A DNA stretch of 64,000 nucleotides from an uncultured bacterium (lineage in GTDB: Bacteria; Oederibacteriota; JAAXVQ01; JAUVAV01), in the NCBI GenBank assembly GCA_963710755.1, contig CAVQBK010000003.1:1403108-1467107 (forward strand), given 5' to 3'. The translations under genes and the position numbers were made by a program. The notes under the pieces were generated by a model that was given only the letters and a program-made list of their open reading frames with translations, was not told the DNA's origin and made no database searches. This document shows, one piece after another, positions 29,562 to 39,975 of the stretch (positions are counted from its first letter, which is position 1; every line of letters begins with the position of its first letter).

Positions 29562-32207
29562 ATGGCATCTGCACAAGATAAACTCAAATCCCTTAGTCCC
29601 TTTCAAAACCAAGCCACGGCCGCAGAAAAACGATTGCTGCAGATTTGCGACTTGCCCTTAACTGATGTTTTGGCTACCCTCAATTCGCGGGAAGGCGGTC
29701 TCACCTCCGGGGAAGTGGAACAGCGGGCCGATGAATTCGGGCCCAATATTCTTTTTACCAAACGCAGAGAGGGCTTTTTTCTGGAATTGTGGAGCCGTCT
29801 GAAAGATCCCCTGGTCATTCAACTGTTGGCCATTGCCGGCATCTCGGCCGTGATGGGTGATCTGCGCAGTGCCGCAGTAGTGGGGGTCATGCTGCTTATC
29901 AGCGTGGGCCTGTCTTATGCCCAGGAAAAGCGCTCCTATAAGGCTGCGGAAGAACTGCAGAATCTGGTCAAGACCACCTGCTTGGTATTGCGCGCCGGCA
30001 AGGAACAAGAGCTCCCCATCAGCGAGATTGTGCCCGGTGACATTATCATTTTGGATGCAGGCGCCATTATTCCTGCCGACTGCCGGCTGTTAGCCGCCAA
30101 GGATTTCTTTGTCAGCCAATCGGCCCTTACCGGGGAATCCATGCCTATGGAGAAAAACCCGGCCCCTGCTTCCCAGGCCGTGACTACACCCCTGGAGGCC
30201 GCCAACGCTTGTTTCCAAGGCAGCAACGTGGTAAGCGGCACGGCCCGGGCTGTGGCGGTCAATACAGGCAGCCGTACTTACCTGGGCTCGATCTCCCGTA
30301 ATCTCTCGGCCGCCAAGGAGGCCACCAGTTTTGACCAGGGGGTCAAAGCCTTTGTGTGGCTCATGGTCCGGTTCATGCTGGTCATGGTAACCGTGACTTT
30401 CCTCATTGTGGGATTCACCAAGCATAGCTGGCCGACAGCCCTGCTTTTCGCCATTGCCGTGGCCGTAGGCCTGACCCCGGAGATGCTGCCCATGATCATC
30501 ACGGTCTGCCTGTCCAAGGGTGCAATGGCTTTGTCGCGAAAAAAAGTGGTGGTTAAAAAACTTAAGTCTATTCAAAACTTTGGCGCTATGAATATTCTGT
30601 GCACCGACAAAACCGGTACGCTGACTCAGGACAATATTGTGCTGGAACGGTATGTGGATGTGACTAACCGCACCAGTGAAGATGTGCTGCGGTATGCCTA
30701 CATGAACAGTTACTATCAAACCGGTTTGCGTAATTTGCTGGACAAGGCCATCCTGGCTCACGAAGATCTGGATGTGGAAAAGAACAGCCGTAAGGTGGAT
30801 GAGATTCCTTTTGATTTCGGCCGCAAACGCATGTCCGTCATCATTGAAGATGAGGATCGTCATGTGCTTATATGCAAAGGTGCGGTTGAAGAGATATATG
30901 AGGCCTGCAGTCAATACCAGGTGGAAGATGAAATCCATCCCCTGATTGATATGCTGAAAAACGATTTGATCGAGGAGTACCACGAGCTTAGCAGCCAGGG
31001 CTTCCGGGTGTTGGCCATTGCCTATCGGGAATTTCCCAAGACGCTGGAAGTCTTCACGGCCCATGATGAGTCGGAGATGGTGCTGCTCGGGTACATTGCC
31101 TTTTTTGATCCGCCCAAGGATTCCGCTGCCAAAGCCATCAAAGCCCTTCATCAATCGGGGGTGGACGTGAAAATTCTGACGGGGGACAATGAATTGGTGA
31201 CCCGCAAGATTTGCAAGGACGTGGGTATTGAGCACAACCGGGTGGTAACCGGCGGCGAGCTGGCGGAAGCTACCAATGAGACTTTTCAATCTTTGGTGGC
31301 CCAGAATAATGTTTTTGCCAGGCTTACGCCCAGCCAGAAGGAGGCCATTATCCGCAGCCTCAGGAGGCAAGGCCAGGTGGTCGGATTTTTGGGTGATGGC
31401 ATCAATGATGCACCGGCCATGAAAGCAGCCGATGTGGGCATCTCGGTGGACACGGCCGTGGATATTGCCAAAGAATCAGCGGATTTAATCCTGCTGGAAA
31501 AAAGCCTGATGGTCCTGGAAGACGGTATTCTGGAAGGACGCCGGATTTTTGCCAACATCACCAAATACATCAAAATGGGCGCCAGTTCCAATTTTGGCAA
31601 TATGTTCAGCGTGGTAGGCGGCAGTTATTTTCTGCCTTTTCTGCCCATGCTGCCCATCCAGGTGTTGGCCAACAACCTGCTTTATGATATTTCGCAAATC
31701 GCCATTCCCACGGACCGGGTGGATCCGGAATTAGTGGAAACCCCCCATCGCTGGGACGCGGGCTTTATCCGCAAATTCATGATTCGTATTGGCCCGGTCA
31801 GTTCGCTCTTTGATTATGCCACTTTTTTTATTATGCTCTATGGTTTTAACTGCATTGTCTTCAGTCATCCCGGTACGGACCCGGCTATGAAACTTTATTA
31901 TGAAAAACTATTTCACACCGGTTGGTTTGTGGAGTCCATTTTTACGCAGACCTTGATTGTGCATATTATCCGCACCAATCGCATCCCTTTCTTCCAAAGC
32001 AAGGCCAGTCCGGCTTTGGTGGCCACCACCCTGGCGATTATGGGGCTGGCGGCCGGCCTGCCTTATATTCCCTGGATAGCTAATCTGCTGGGCTTGGTGC
32101 CTTTGCCGGGGCATTATTGGTTTTATCTGGGTGGGATCCTGGTGGCCTATGCCACGTTGACGCATGTGGTCAAGCGGTGGTTTGGCCGCACTGTGGGAGG
32201 TGCTTGA
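29562..32207 (+). CDS. mgtA: Magnesium-translocating P-type ATPase
   Basis: TGES, AVAVGLTPEMLP, DKTGTLT, KGA, GDGINDAPA, SSNFGN, NLLYD, FHTGWFVES. Confidence 0.95.
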   Translation: MASAQDKLKSLSPFQNQATAAEKRLLQICDLPLTDVLATLNSREGGLTSGEVEQRADEFGPNILFTKRREGFFLELWSRLKDPLVIQLLAIAGISAVMGDLRSAAVVGVMLLISVGLSYAQEKRSYKAAEELQNLVKTTCLVLRAGKEQELPISEIVPGDIIILDAGAIIPADCRLLAAKDFFVSQSALTGESMPMEKNPAPASQAVTTPLEAANACFQGSNVVSGTARAVAVNTGSRTYLGSISRNLSAAKEATSFDQGVKAFVWLMVRFMLVMVTVTFLIVGFTKHSWPTALLFAIAVAVGLTPEMLPMIITVCLSKGAMALSRKKVVVKKLKSIQNFGAMNILCTDKTGTLTQDNIVLERYVDVTNRTSEDVLRYAYMNSYYQTGLRNLLDKAILAHEDLDVEKNSRKVDEIPFDFGRKRMSVIIEDEDRHVLICKGAVEEIYEACSQYQVEDEIHPLIDMLKNDLIEEYHELSSQGFRVLAIAYREFPKTLEVFTAHDESEMVLLGYIAFFDPPKDSAAKAIKALHQSGVDVKILTGDNELVTRKICKDVGIEHNRVVTGGELAEATNETFQSLVAQNNVFARLTPSQKEAIIRSLRRQGQVVGFLGDGINDAPAMKAADVGISVDTAVDIAKESADLILLEKSLMVLEDGILEGRRIFANITKYIKMGASSNFGNMFSVVGGSYFLPFLPMLPIQVLANNLLYDISQIAIPTDRVDPELVETPHRWDAGFIRKFMIRIGPVSSLFDYATFFIMLYGFNCIVFSHPGTDPAMKLYYEKLFHTGWFVESIFTQTLIVHIIRTNRIPFFQSKASPALVATTLAIMGLAAGLPYIPWIANLLGLVPLPGHYWFYLGGILVAYATLTHVVKRWFGRTVGGA

Positions 32208-32983
32208 TGAAAAGTATTATTCACGCCCTGCAGGAAGGCCGGCTCATCGAGCTGCCCGAGAGCGATAAAGACAAATGCTTGGAATATCTGGCCCTGATGA
32301 TCGAGGCTATCCCCGATATTCAGACCGATATGGATATTGTGGCAGCGGTCAAAGACCGCGAAGCCCAGAGCAATACGGCTATTGGCCGGGGCGTGGCTTG
32401 TCCTCATGTGCGTGTGCGCCAGGAAGGGGAATTGTTCTGCGCCCTGGGCTGGTCACCGCAGGGTGTGGACTATGGTGCGCCGGACAAGGAAAAGGTTCAC
32501 CTTATTGTTATGTATTATATTCCGGAAGCCCAGAAAGGGGCTTATCTGAAGGAGGTGTCGGCCCTGGCCCAGGCCTTGTCCAGCACTGATGAAATCAAAG
32601 CCCTGACTCAGATTGCCGATCTGTCCAGCCTGCGCAGTAAACTCCTGGACTGGGTGGAGCTGTCGCTGACCGCTGCTGCCCCGGCCACGGTGGCGCGCAT
32701 GATCAAACTGGAAGAAAAGACCGCGGCCATGGAAGGCCTTAAGGCCGGCGCCAAAATTAAGGCTTTGAGTTTTTTTCTTGCCAAGAGTGAAGATGATCAG
32801 CTTTTGGTGCTCTGCCAGGATCAAAGTCTGCGGGAAACACTGGAAAAAAACCAATCGGCTTTGCTCGGCCTCCTGTCCAATCAGGAGATGGCCCTGGCCG
32901 GCTACCAGGTGGTGGTACTCTCAACTAAAAATTTCAATGTCAACCGGAGTCTGTTGGAATGCGTAGCCATCCAGCTGTCCTGA
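32207..32983 (+). CDS. PTS EIIA (Fru/Ntr-type) domain protein with a C-terminal extension
   Basis: RE...NTAIGRGVACPH (phospho-His motif), GVDYGAPD..VH; ATG overlaps the mgtA stop (TGATG). Confidence 0.88.
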   Translation: MKSIIHALQEGRLIELPESDKDKCLEYLALMIEAIPDIQTDMDIVAAVKDREAQSNTAIGRGVACPHVRVRQEGELFCALGWSPQGVDYGAPDKEKVHLIVMYYIPEAQKGAYLKEVSALAQALSSTDEIKALTQIADLSSLRSKLLDWVELSLTAAAPATVARMIKLEEKTAAMEGLKAGAKIKALSFFLAKSEDDQLLVLCQDQSLRETLEKNQSALLGLLSNQEMALAGYQVVVLSTKNFNVNRSLLECVAIQLS

Positions 32984-33090
32984 GACTGTAGTTGACAACT
33001 GGTCATACGGTAAAGTCGTTGACCGTGGATCTCAAGATAAGTTATATGTATTCCAACCATGATGATTTATTTTCAGGAGGGTTAAGCGTT

Positions 33091-34284
33091 ATGTCCAAGG
33101 CTATATTTCACCAATCACAACGATGGCAGATGGTTGGCCTTTACGCCCTGGTGGCGGGAGTGAATCAAATGCTGTGGCTCAACTTCGCGCCCCTGTTGTT
33201 ACAGATTCAAAAGACCTATCAAGTTTCGGAGCTGCTGGCAAGTGCCTTGTTGCTTGTTTTTCCCTTATTATATATTTTGCTTGCCCTGCCGGCCGGGGAA
33301 ATGACCGACCGTTTGGGTTACAAAGTGACCATCAGTATTGGCGCCGTGGTGATGGCCCTGTTTGCTTTTGTCAGGCTGGGCACGGGCAGCTTCTGGGTGC
33401 TGCTTTTGGGCCAGACGGGCATTGCCATCAGCCAGCCTTTTATCCTCAATGGGATTTCCAAACTGGCGGCCGACTGGTTTGCAGAGGAGGAAATGGCTCT
33501 GGCCAATGGTTTGGGCTCACTGGGCATGTTTGTGGGTATGTCCGTCGGGATGGCCCTTACGCCTTGGCTTGTTCATAAGACCGGCATGACCTCAGCCATG
33601 CTGATTTTTGCCCTGGTGACCTTGCTCGTGACGGCTGCTTTTATATTCGGGGTGAAGGAAAATGAAAGCAAATCGGAACTGACGGCAGCCATCTCCATGA
33701 AGGATATTGTTCATCTGTTGCAAAACCGGCAATTGGTTTTGGTGTTTTTGCTTTCCTTCATCGGCTTGGGCGTATTCAATGGGTTGGCCACCTGGCTGGA
33801 AGCGATTTTGGCGCCGTACCATATTTCCGCCGAAGCGGCTGGCCTGATCGGCGGCATGCTCACCATTGGCGGCATCGTGGGCGCTGTGGTCCTGCCTTTG
33901 CTGTCTGATCATTTCCGGCGGCGCAAACCTTTCTTGGTGATTAATTTTATAGCCGCGCTTATTTTAATTTATCCCTTAGGTACCAGCAGTCAGGTTCACA
34001 GCGCCTTGATGCTGAGTGTGTCTCTTGGTTTTTTGATGTTGCCGGCCTTTGCTTTGCTGCTCACCATGTCGGAGGAATTGGTGGGCGTGCAGCGGGCAGG
34101 TACAGCGGCCGGTATTTTAATGCTGACCGGCAATCTGGGAGCCGTGGTGATTCCCGTTGCCATGAGTTTGAGCAAAGGTCAGTCTGCTTATTGGACCAAT
34201 GCCGTTTTTCTCCTGCTGGCTTTCGTAGCCTTGGGATTGGGCCTGCTCTTCTGGACCAAAGAAACCTACCGCCAAGTAGCATGA
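33091..34284 (+). CDS. MFS transporter (FLVCR-like pattern)
   Basis: NQMLWLNFAP, QPFILN..SKL..WF..EE, SD.FRRRKP; 12 TMs; GGAGG RBS. Confidence 0.9.
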   Translation: MSKAIFHQSQRWQMVGLYALVAGVNQMLWLNFAPLLLQIQKTYQVSELLASALLLVFPLLYILLALPAGEMTDRLGYKVTISIGAVVMALFAFVRLGTGSFWVLLLGQTGIAISQPFILNGISKLAADWFAEEEMALANGLGSLGMFVGMSVGMALTPWLVHKTGMTSAMLIFALVTLLVTAAFIFGVKENESKSELTAAISMKDIVHLLQNRQLVLVFLLSFIGLGVFNGLATWLEAILAPYHISAEAAGLIGGMLTIGGIVGAVVLPLLSDHFRRRKPFLVINFIAALILIYPLGTSSQVHSALMLSVSLGFLMLPAFALLLTMSEELVGVQRAGTAAGILMLTGNLGAVVIPVAMSLSKGQSAYWTNAVFLLLAFVALGLGLLFWTKETYRQVA

Positions 34285-34418
34285 TGATAAGCAATTCACA
34301 TTGAAACCAGTCTGAAATAAGATACAATGACCGGGAATTTTATGAGGTGACAGGCGATGTCCATCCTGACCGTAATTTGTGATGGTTATAAAGCAATTGA
34401 AGAAAGCGTGGTGAACAA

Positions 34419-35879
34419 ATGTTTAAACAGATGATAGCTAGGCTCGCTATGACCCTATTGGTGACCGCTGTAGGAGCCATGGCCTGGGCAGGGGAGACCA
34501 TAACGGCCGAGCAGTATATGAGCCAGGTGGAGCGAGTCAATCCCGACCTGCGCGGCATCGATTTAACCTTGCAAGCCATGGGTCTCAAGGTATTGGAACT
34601 GGACATGGTGTATTCACCTTTTTTGAGTGCCAGCTATGCCACCATGGATGATAAAAGCGGTTCTTCTTTCGGGGCATCGCTGCCCATGGATGAAGTCAAA
34701 GGCGATCAGTGGAGCTTTTCCTTGGGAAAAAAGTTTCCCACCGGCACGTCGCTCAGTCTGAACTACACTCATTCCGATTCCACCATTTCGCTTTTGCAGC
34801 CCACGAATTTCGGATTTGGCCCTATGAGTGTCTTTGATGCTTTTGAAAACAAGCCCGTTGTGCAATTAAGGCAATCGCTGCTGCGTGATTTCTGGTATGG
34901 CCTTACCCAGGTGGGCATTGACAAAGCCAAGGCTTCGGTGCGTTCCGGTCAGTATCTGCAGTTATTCCAAAGGCAACAATTGCTGCTGAATGCCCGCTTG
35001 GCTTATTGGAATCTGGTCTTGGCCAGGGAAGTGGTGCGGTTCCGACAGACCTCTTTGGAACGATCGCAGACCTTGCTGCAATGGAACCAGAAACGGGTTG
35101 GGTTGGATTTGACCGACAGCGGTGATTGGCTGCAGGCTCAGGCTGCCTTCAAGAGCCGCCAGCTCAGTTTGCAACTGGCGCAGGAAGAACTGGTCAATGC
35201 CCAACGCGATTTCAATGAGTTGTTGGGCAATACCACAACAGCCGTGATTATGGAGTTGGAGAACCTGGCTGATAAGGTTACTCAATTTTCCGATGTGGCG
35301 GACTTGACGCGCTCCGGCGAGCGGGCTGATGTGCTGGCGGCGCGCGCGGCTTATGCGAGCAGTGCCTTGGCGGACCGGGAGACCTTTTTTCGGTCTCTGC
35401 CTGAGTTGACTTTGTCTGCTTCCTATTCTTTGTATGGGCTTGATCTAACATCACAAGCAGCCTGGGACCAGGTGGCTCGCGGGGACAAACCGGCTTACAC
35501 AGTGGCACTGAATAGTACCATTCCCCTTGATTTTTGGACCCTTGATAAAGTGCGTCAAGGTTACCGCAAGGATTTTGAAGCAGCCAAAGCTCATTTGGAA
35601 AAGGCGGAACTCAAGTCACGCCATGATTGGGGCAAACTGAGCCAAACCTGGAAGGATGTTAAAACCCGACTAACCTTGGCCCAGGAGATCAAAACTATTC
35701 AGGAAAAACGGTTGGCCCATGAGCAGCGCCGATTTGAACGGGGCCGGTCCACCACTTTTCAGGTGATCACGGCAGAAAACGATTTGGACGATGCCAATTT
35801 GAATGTTTACCGCCTGGTGTTTGAAGAACTGGTAACCCATGCCCAGGCGGCATTGTTTGATACCCAACCTCTCCAATAG
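34419..35879 (+). CDS. TolC family outer-membrane efflux protein
   Basis: Signal peptide, QSLLRDF, AYWNL, LPELTL, RFERGRST repeats; directly upstream of the RND gene. Confidence 0.88.
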   Translation: MFKQMIARLAMTLLVTAVGAMAWAGETITAEQYMSQVERVNPDLRGIDLTLQAMGLKVLELDMVYSPFLSASYATMDDKSGSSFGASLPMDEVKGDQWSFSLGKKFPTGTSLSLNYTHSDSTISLLQPTNFGFGPMSVFDAFENKPVVQLRQSLLRDFWYGLTQVGIDKAKASVRSGQYLQLFQRQQLLLNARLAYWNLVLAREVVRFRQTSLERSQTLLQWNQKRVGLDLTDSGDWLQAQAAFKSRQLSLQLAQEELVNAQRDFNELLGNTTTAVIMELENLADKVTQFSDVADLTRSGERADVLAARAAYASSALADRETFFRSLPELTLSASYSLYGLDLTSQAAWDQVARGDKPAYTVALNSTIPLDFWTLDKVRQGYRKDFEAAKAHLEKAELKSRHDWGKLSQTWKDVKTRLTLAQEIKTIQEKRLAHEQRRFERGRSTTFQVITAENDLDDANLNVYRLVFEELVTHAQAALFDTQPLQ

Positions 35880-35894
35880 AAGGGAAAGCGTGTT

Positions 35895-38800
35895 ATGAAT
35901 TTAGCCAAATTATCCATTAAACGGCCGACTTTCATTATGGCCATCCTGGTGATTATGCTGCTGGTGGGCCTGTTGATGATGAGCCGTATGAGCGTGGACA
36001 TGTTTCCTGATGTCAATTTTCCATTTATCAGCGTGACCACTATCTATCCTGGTGCCGGGCCCAAGGAAGCGGAGACACTGATTTCTAAGGTTTTGGAAGA
36101 GCAGATCGCTTCCGTTTCAGGTCTGAAAAATGTTACCTCCGTGTCCCAAGACGGTGTGTCCATGGTGTGGGGGGAGTTTACTCTGGAGACCGATCCCCGT
36201 TATGCGGAACAGCAAATCAAGGACAAAGTAGCCCAGGTGCGCAATCGGTTTCCGGCCGATGCCAAGGAGCCGGTGATAAAACGCTACGACCCAGCCGACC
36301 GGCCGGTGGTCATGATGAGTCTGACCGCCGCGCTGCCGCAGGATAAGCTCTATGATCTGGCCGACAATACCATCCGCAATACCTTTGAACAAGTCTCCAA
36401 TGTAAGCAGTGTAGAGATCGTAGGCGGCAGCAAACGCGAGATCCATGTGGACCTGGACCTGGACAAATTAAAGGACTATGAAGTAAGTGTCTCCCAGGTT
36501 GCCGGCCGGTTGAGCGCCAACAGCCAGAACATTCCTATTGGCAAGGTCACCAAAGGTCATCGGGAGCTGTCCTTCCGTAGTCTGGGGGAACTCCATAACC
36601 TCAAGCAAGTGCGCAATGCGGTGGTTAGCTTTTACGGCAACGATGTGCCTGTGACCGTGAGTGAACTGGGAAAAGTCCGCGACAGTGTGCAGGAAGTGAA
36701 GACCAAAGGGTATCTTAACGGTAAGTCCACCGTGGTTATTAATGTATACAAACAATCGGGGGCCAATACGGTTGAAGTTTCAGATACCGTGCAAAAACGA
36801 CTGCAGGAACTCAACCAGTCTTTGGGCAAAACGCCGGGCGCACCCAAACTGACCCTGGTGCAAGACTCAGCGCGGGGTATCCGGCTCAATCTGAAGGATG
36901 TGCAGACCACCATTTTTGAAGGTATTCTGCTGGCCATCATTGTGGTTTATTTTTTCTTGGGTAATTTTCGTTCCACCCTCATTACCGTGGTGGCCCTGCC
37001 CAACAGCCTGATTGGCGCATTTATCTTCATGGGGTTGGCGGGCTTTTCTATCAATATGATGACCTTAATGGCGCTTTCCCTGGCCGTAGGGCTTTTAATC
37101 GATGATGCCATTGTGGTACGTGAAAATATATTCCGCCATATCGAACTGGGAGAGGAGCCCAAGGTGGCGGCCCAAAAAGGTACGGATGAGGTCACCTTGG
37201 CAGTAGTGGCCACGACCTTGACCGTGATCGCCGTGTTTCTGCCCGTCGGGTTTTTGCAGGGCATGGTGGGTCAGTTTTTCAAACAGTTCGGGCTGACCGT
37301 GGTGTTTGCCATGGCCATCTCCTTGTTTGATGCTCTGACCACCGCCCCCATGCTCTCAGCCTATCTTATCAATAAGGTTAAGGAAGAGAAGACCTCGGGA
37401 CTGGGTTATTGGCTCAAAGCACCGGCCCGCGCTTTTGGACGGTTTCAGGATGGCCTGGATTGGCTCTATGAACGGGTCATGCGCTTTACCCTGAAGCACA
37501 AGCTGCTGATCCTGACGGCGGCAATGGCCATCTTTGTAGGCAGCCTGGGGTATGTCAAAAACACACCCAAGACCTTCATGCCGCCCAACGCCTGGGGTGA
37601 TTTCATTGTGCGCCTGGAGGCTCAGCCGGGCGTCTCGCTGGAGCAGATGGACCGCTACGCGCTGGAAGTGGAAAAGACGCTGAGGAAGGAACCGGATATT
37701 GAAACCGTGCTGAGCACGGTGGGCAATGACAACGGCGAAAGTAATCTGGCCTCGCTCTATGTCAAGATGGTGCCGGCCGAAAAGCGCCAACACGATACCG
37801 GGGCCATGAAGGAATATGTGCGCACCCTGCTGGCTCCCTATAGAAAAGACTTTTTTTATGAAGTCAATGACCAGGCTATAGCCGGCAATGACAAGCCCTT
37901 TTCCATGCTGCTCATCGGCAATGACCTGGATCGATTGTCAGAAGCCAGTGAAATGGTTATAGCCAAGCTGCGTACTATTCCCAATCTGGTGGACATCAAT
38001 TCCAATTACAAACCGGGCAAACCGGAATTTCAGATTGCCATGAACGCGGCCAAGATGGAACGGTTGGGTGTGTTATCCACTACGGCCGGCATGGAACTGC
38101 GCAACATGGTGGAAGGGGCCTTGCCGGCCAAGTTCCGTCAGAACGGCCTGGAGTATGATGTGCGCGTGCGCTTGCAGGAGGACCAACGGGATCTGCACCA
38201 GCAGTTTGACCGCTTATATGTGCCCAATGTCAATAATCAGCTGGTCAAATTAAATAACATCGCCGATCCCACGCTTACCTCGGGACCTTCCAAAATCACC
38301 AGGCGCAACCGTTCCCGCTATGTGCAGATCACCGGCAATTTAACCAGCAAGGGTGCCATTGGTGATATCACGGTGGCCGCCAAAAAGGTATTGGCCAAGG
38401 TGCAATTGCCTGAAGGTGTGCACTATCAGTTCACCGGTTCTTCCGAGGACATGGTGGACTTGTTCCGGAATATGCTTATTGCGGCTTTTCTTTCCATCGT
38501 GTTCATCTATCTGGTACTGGCCAGTCTTTACGAATCATTGCTGTTGCCCCTAACTATTATGCTGGCGCTGCCTTTGGCCATGGTAGGCGGGTTCATGGCC
38601 TTATACTATACAGGCCAGATGTTTAATATGTTCTCCATGATCGGGTTTATCATGCTTTTGGGCCTGGTGACGAAAAATTCCATTCTGTTGGTGGATTACA
38701 CGCAAAAAGGAACCCGCCAGGGCATGAGCGTCAACGAGGCCCTGATCAAGGCAGGCCTGACGCGCCTGCGTCCCATTCTTATGACCACCTTTGCCCTGAT

Positions 38801-39017
38801 CGCGGGCATGCTGCCCTTGGCGTTGGGCCTCACTGAAACCGGTTCCTTCCGGCAGAGCATGGGTATTGCCATTATCGGCGGGTTGATCAGCTCCACCCTG
38901 CTGACCCTGGTGGTGGTGCCGGCCGTGTATGGGTATATGGAATCCTTCCGGCTCTGGAGCCGCAAGCTCTTCGGACGGCCCAGGTTGCGTGAGATTGACA
39001 AGCAGGAGCATGAGTGA
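35895..39017 (+). CDS. RND (AcrB/HAE-like) efflux permease
   Basis: SIKRP, FPDVNFP, GLLIDDAIVVRENI, KNSILLVD, RLRPILMTT. Confidence 0.96.
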   Translation: MNLAKLSIKRPTFIMAILVIMLLVGLLMMSRMSVDMFPDVNFPFISVTTIYPGAGPKEAETLISKVLEEQIASVSGLKNVTSVSQDGVSMVWGEFTLETDPRYAEQQIKDKVAQVRNRFPADAKEPVIKRYDPADRPVVMMSLTAALPQDKLYDLADNTIRNTFEQVSNVSSVEIVGGSKREIHVDLDLDKLKDYEVSVSQVAGRLSANSQNIPIGKVTKGHRELSFRSLGELHNLKQVRNAVVSFYGNDVPVTVSELGKVRDSVQEVKTKGYLNGKSTVVINVYKQSGANTVEVSDTVQKRLQELNQSLGKTPGAPKLTLVQDSARGIRLNLKDVQTTIFEGILLAIIVVYFFLGNFRSTLITVVALPNSLIGAFIFMGLAGFSINMMTLMALSLAVGLLIDDAIVVRENIFRHIELGEEPKVAAQKGTDEVTLAVVATTLTVIAVFLPVGFLQGMVGQFFKQFGLTVVFAMAISLFDALTTAPMLSAYLINKVKEEKTSGLGYWLKAPARAFGRFQDGLDWLYERVMRFTLKHKLLILTAAMAIFVGSLGYVKNTPKTFMPPNAWGDFIVRLEAQPGVSLEQMDRYALEVEKTLRKEPDIETVLSTVGNDNGESNLASLYVKMVPAEKRQHDTGAMKEYVRTLLAPYRKDFFYEVNDQAIAGNDKPFSMLLIGNDLDRLSEASEMVIAKLRTIPNLVDINSNYKPGKPEFQIAMNAAKMERLGVLSTTAGMELRNMVEGALPAKFRQNGLEYDVRVRLQEDQRDLHQQFDRLYVPNVNNQLVKLNNIADPTLTSGPSKITRRNRSRYVQITGNLTSKGAIGDITVAAKKVLAKVQLPEGVHYQFTGSSEDMVDLFRNMLIAAFLSIVFIYLVLASLYESLLLPLTIMLALPLAMVGGFMALYYTGQMFNMFSMIGFIMLLGLVTKNSILLVDYTQKGTRQGMSVNEALIKAGLTRLRPILMTTFALIAGMLPLALGLTETGSFRQSMGIAIIGGLISSTLLTLVVVPAVYGYMESFRLWSRKLFGRPRLREIDKQEHE

Positions 39018-39060
39018 GGTCAGCGGAATGGTCCAAACATTTTTGGACCAAAGGAGGCCT

Positions 39061-39975
39061 ATGGACGATATCACCATCCAAACCTATCAGTTGAAAAAAC
39101 ATTACGGCCCCGTGCAGGCTGTGAATGGACTTGATCTGACCATCCGCCGCGGTGAAATTTATGGGTTTTTAGGCCGCAACGGCGCGGGTAAGACTACGAC
39201 CATCCGCATGCTGCTGGGCCTGATCCGGCCCAGCGAAGGGGAAGTGATCCTACTGGGAACCCGCATGGGTCCGGGCCAACAGGCCGTGTTGGGCCGCGTG
39301 GGCACGCTGGTGGAAAGCGCCACCGCCTATCCCAATCTGACGGTCCGGGAAAATCTGGACATCCAACGCCGCCTAACCGGGGCTCCCCGACGGGCCGTTG
39401 ATAAGGCCATGACCTTGCTCCATCTTGAAAATTACAGTCTGCGCCAAGCCGGACAGTTGTCTTTGGGCAACAAGCAGCGCCTTAGCTTGGCCCGGGCCCT
39501 GCTGCATGAACCGGAGCTCTTAATTCTGGATGAACCGGCCAATGGACTCGATCCGGCGGGCATCGTGGAGATCCGCGGGCTGTTGCAGCGTCTGGCGCAG
39601 GAGCAGGGCGTGACGATTTTTATGTCCAGTCATATCCTGACGGAAGTGGCCCATTTGGCGGACCGCATCGGCATTGTCCATGAAGGCCGGCTTTTGGAAG
39701 AGATGGATGTTGAAGATATGGCGAAAAAAAGCGGCCGAGTGTTGGAAATCAAAGTGTCCCAACCGGCCCGGGCCAAAAGCCTGCTGTCCACTCGTCTGGG
39801 CCTGGAGCACGTGGAAATAACTCCTGATCAGGAACTGCGCCTTCCCGAAGCTGCCGGCCGGGCAGCGGATATTGCCAAGGTATTGGTGGAAAGCGGCTTG
39901 GAGCTAACTAAACTCTGTGAGAAACAAGAAGATTTGGAAGCACATTTTCTGCGGCTGACCGGGGGTGCACAATGA
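39061..39975 (+). CDS. BcrA/LanF-like ABC ATP-binding protein
   Basis: GRNGAGKTT, GTLVE (E-loop), LSLGNKQRL, LILDEP; ATG 39061 after GGAGG. Confidence 0.92.
   Translation: MDDITIQTYQLKKHYGPVQAVNGLDLTIRRGEIYGFLGRNGAGKTTTIRMLLGLIRPSEGEVILLGTRMGPGQQAVLGRVGTLVESATAYPNLTVRENLDIQRRLTGAPRRAVDKAMTLLHLENYSLRQAGQLSLGNKQRLSLARALLHEPELLILDEPANGLDPAGIVEIRGLLQRLAQEQGVTIFMSSHILTEVAHLADRIGIVHEGRLLEEMDVEDMAKKSGRVLEIKVSQPARAKSLLSTRLGLEHVEITPDQELRLPEAAGRAADIAKVLVESGLELTKLCEKQEDLEAHFLRLTGGAQ

Noticed and set aside
30090-31370. 426-aa antisense ORF (and similar ones opposite degP, the RNDs and the porin)
   Set aside because: Shadow frames of well-supported genes with no recognisable motifs.
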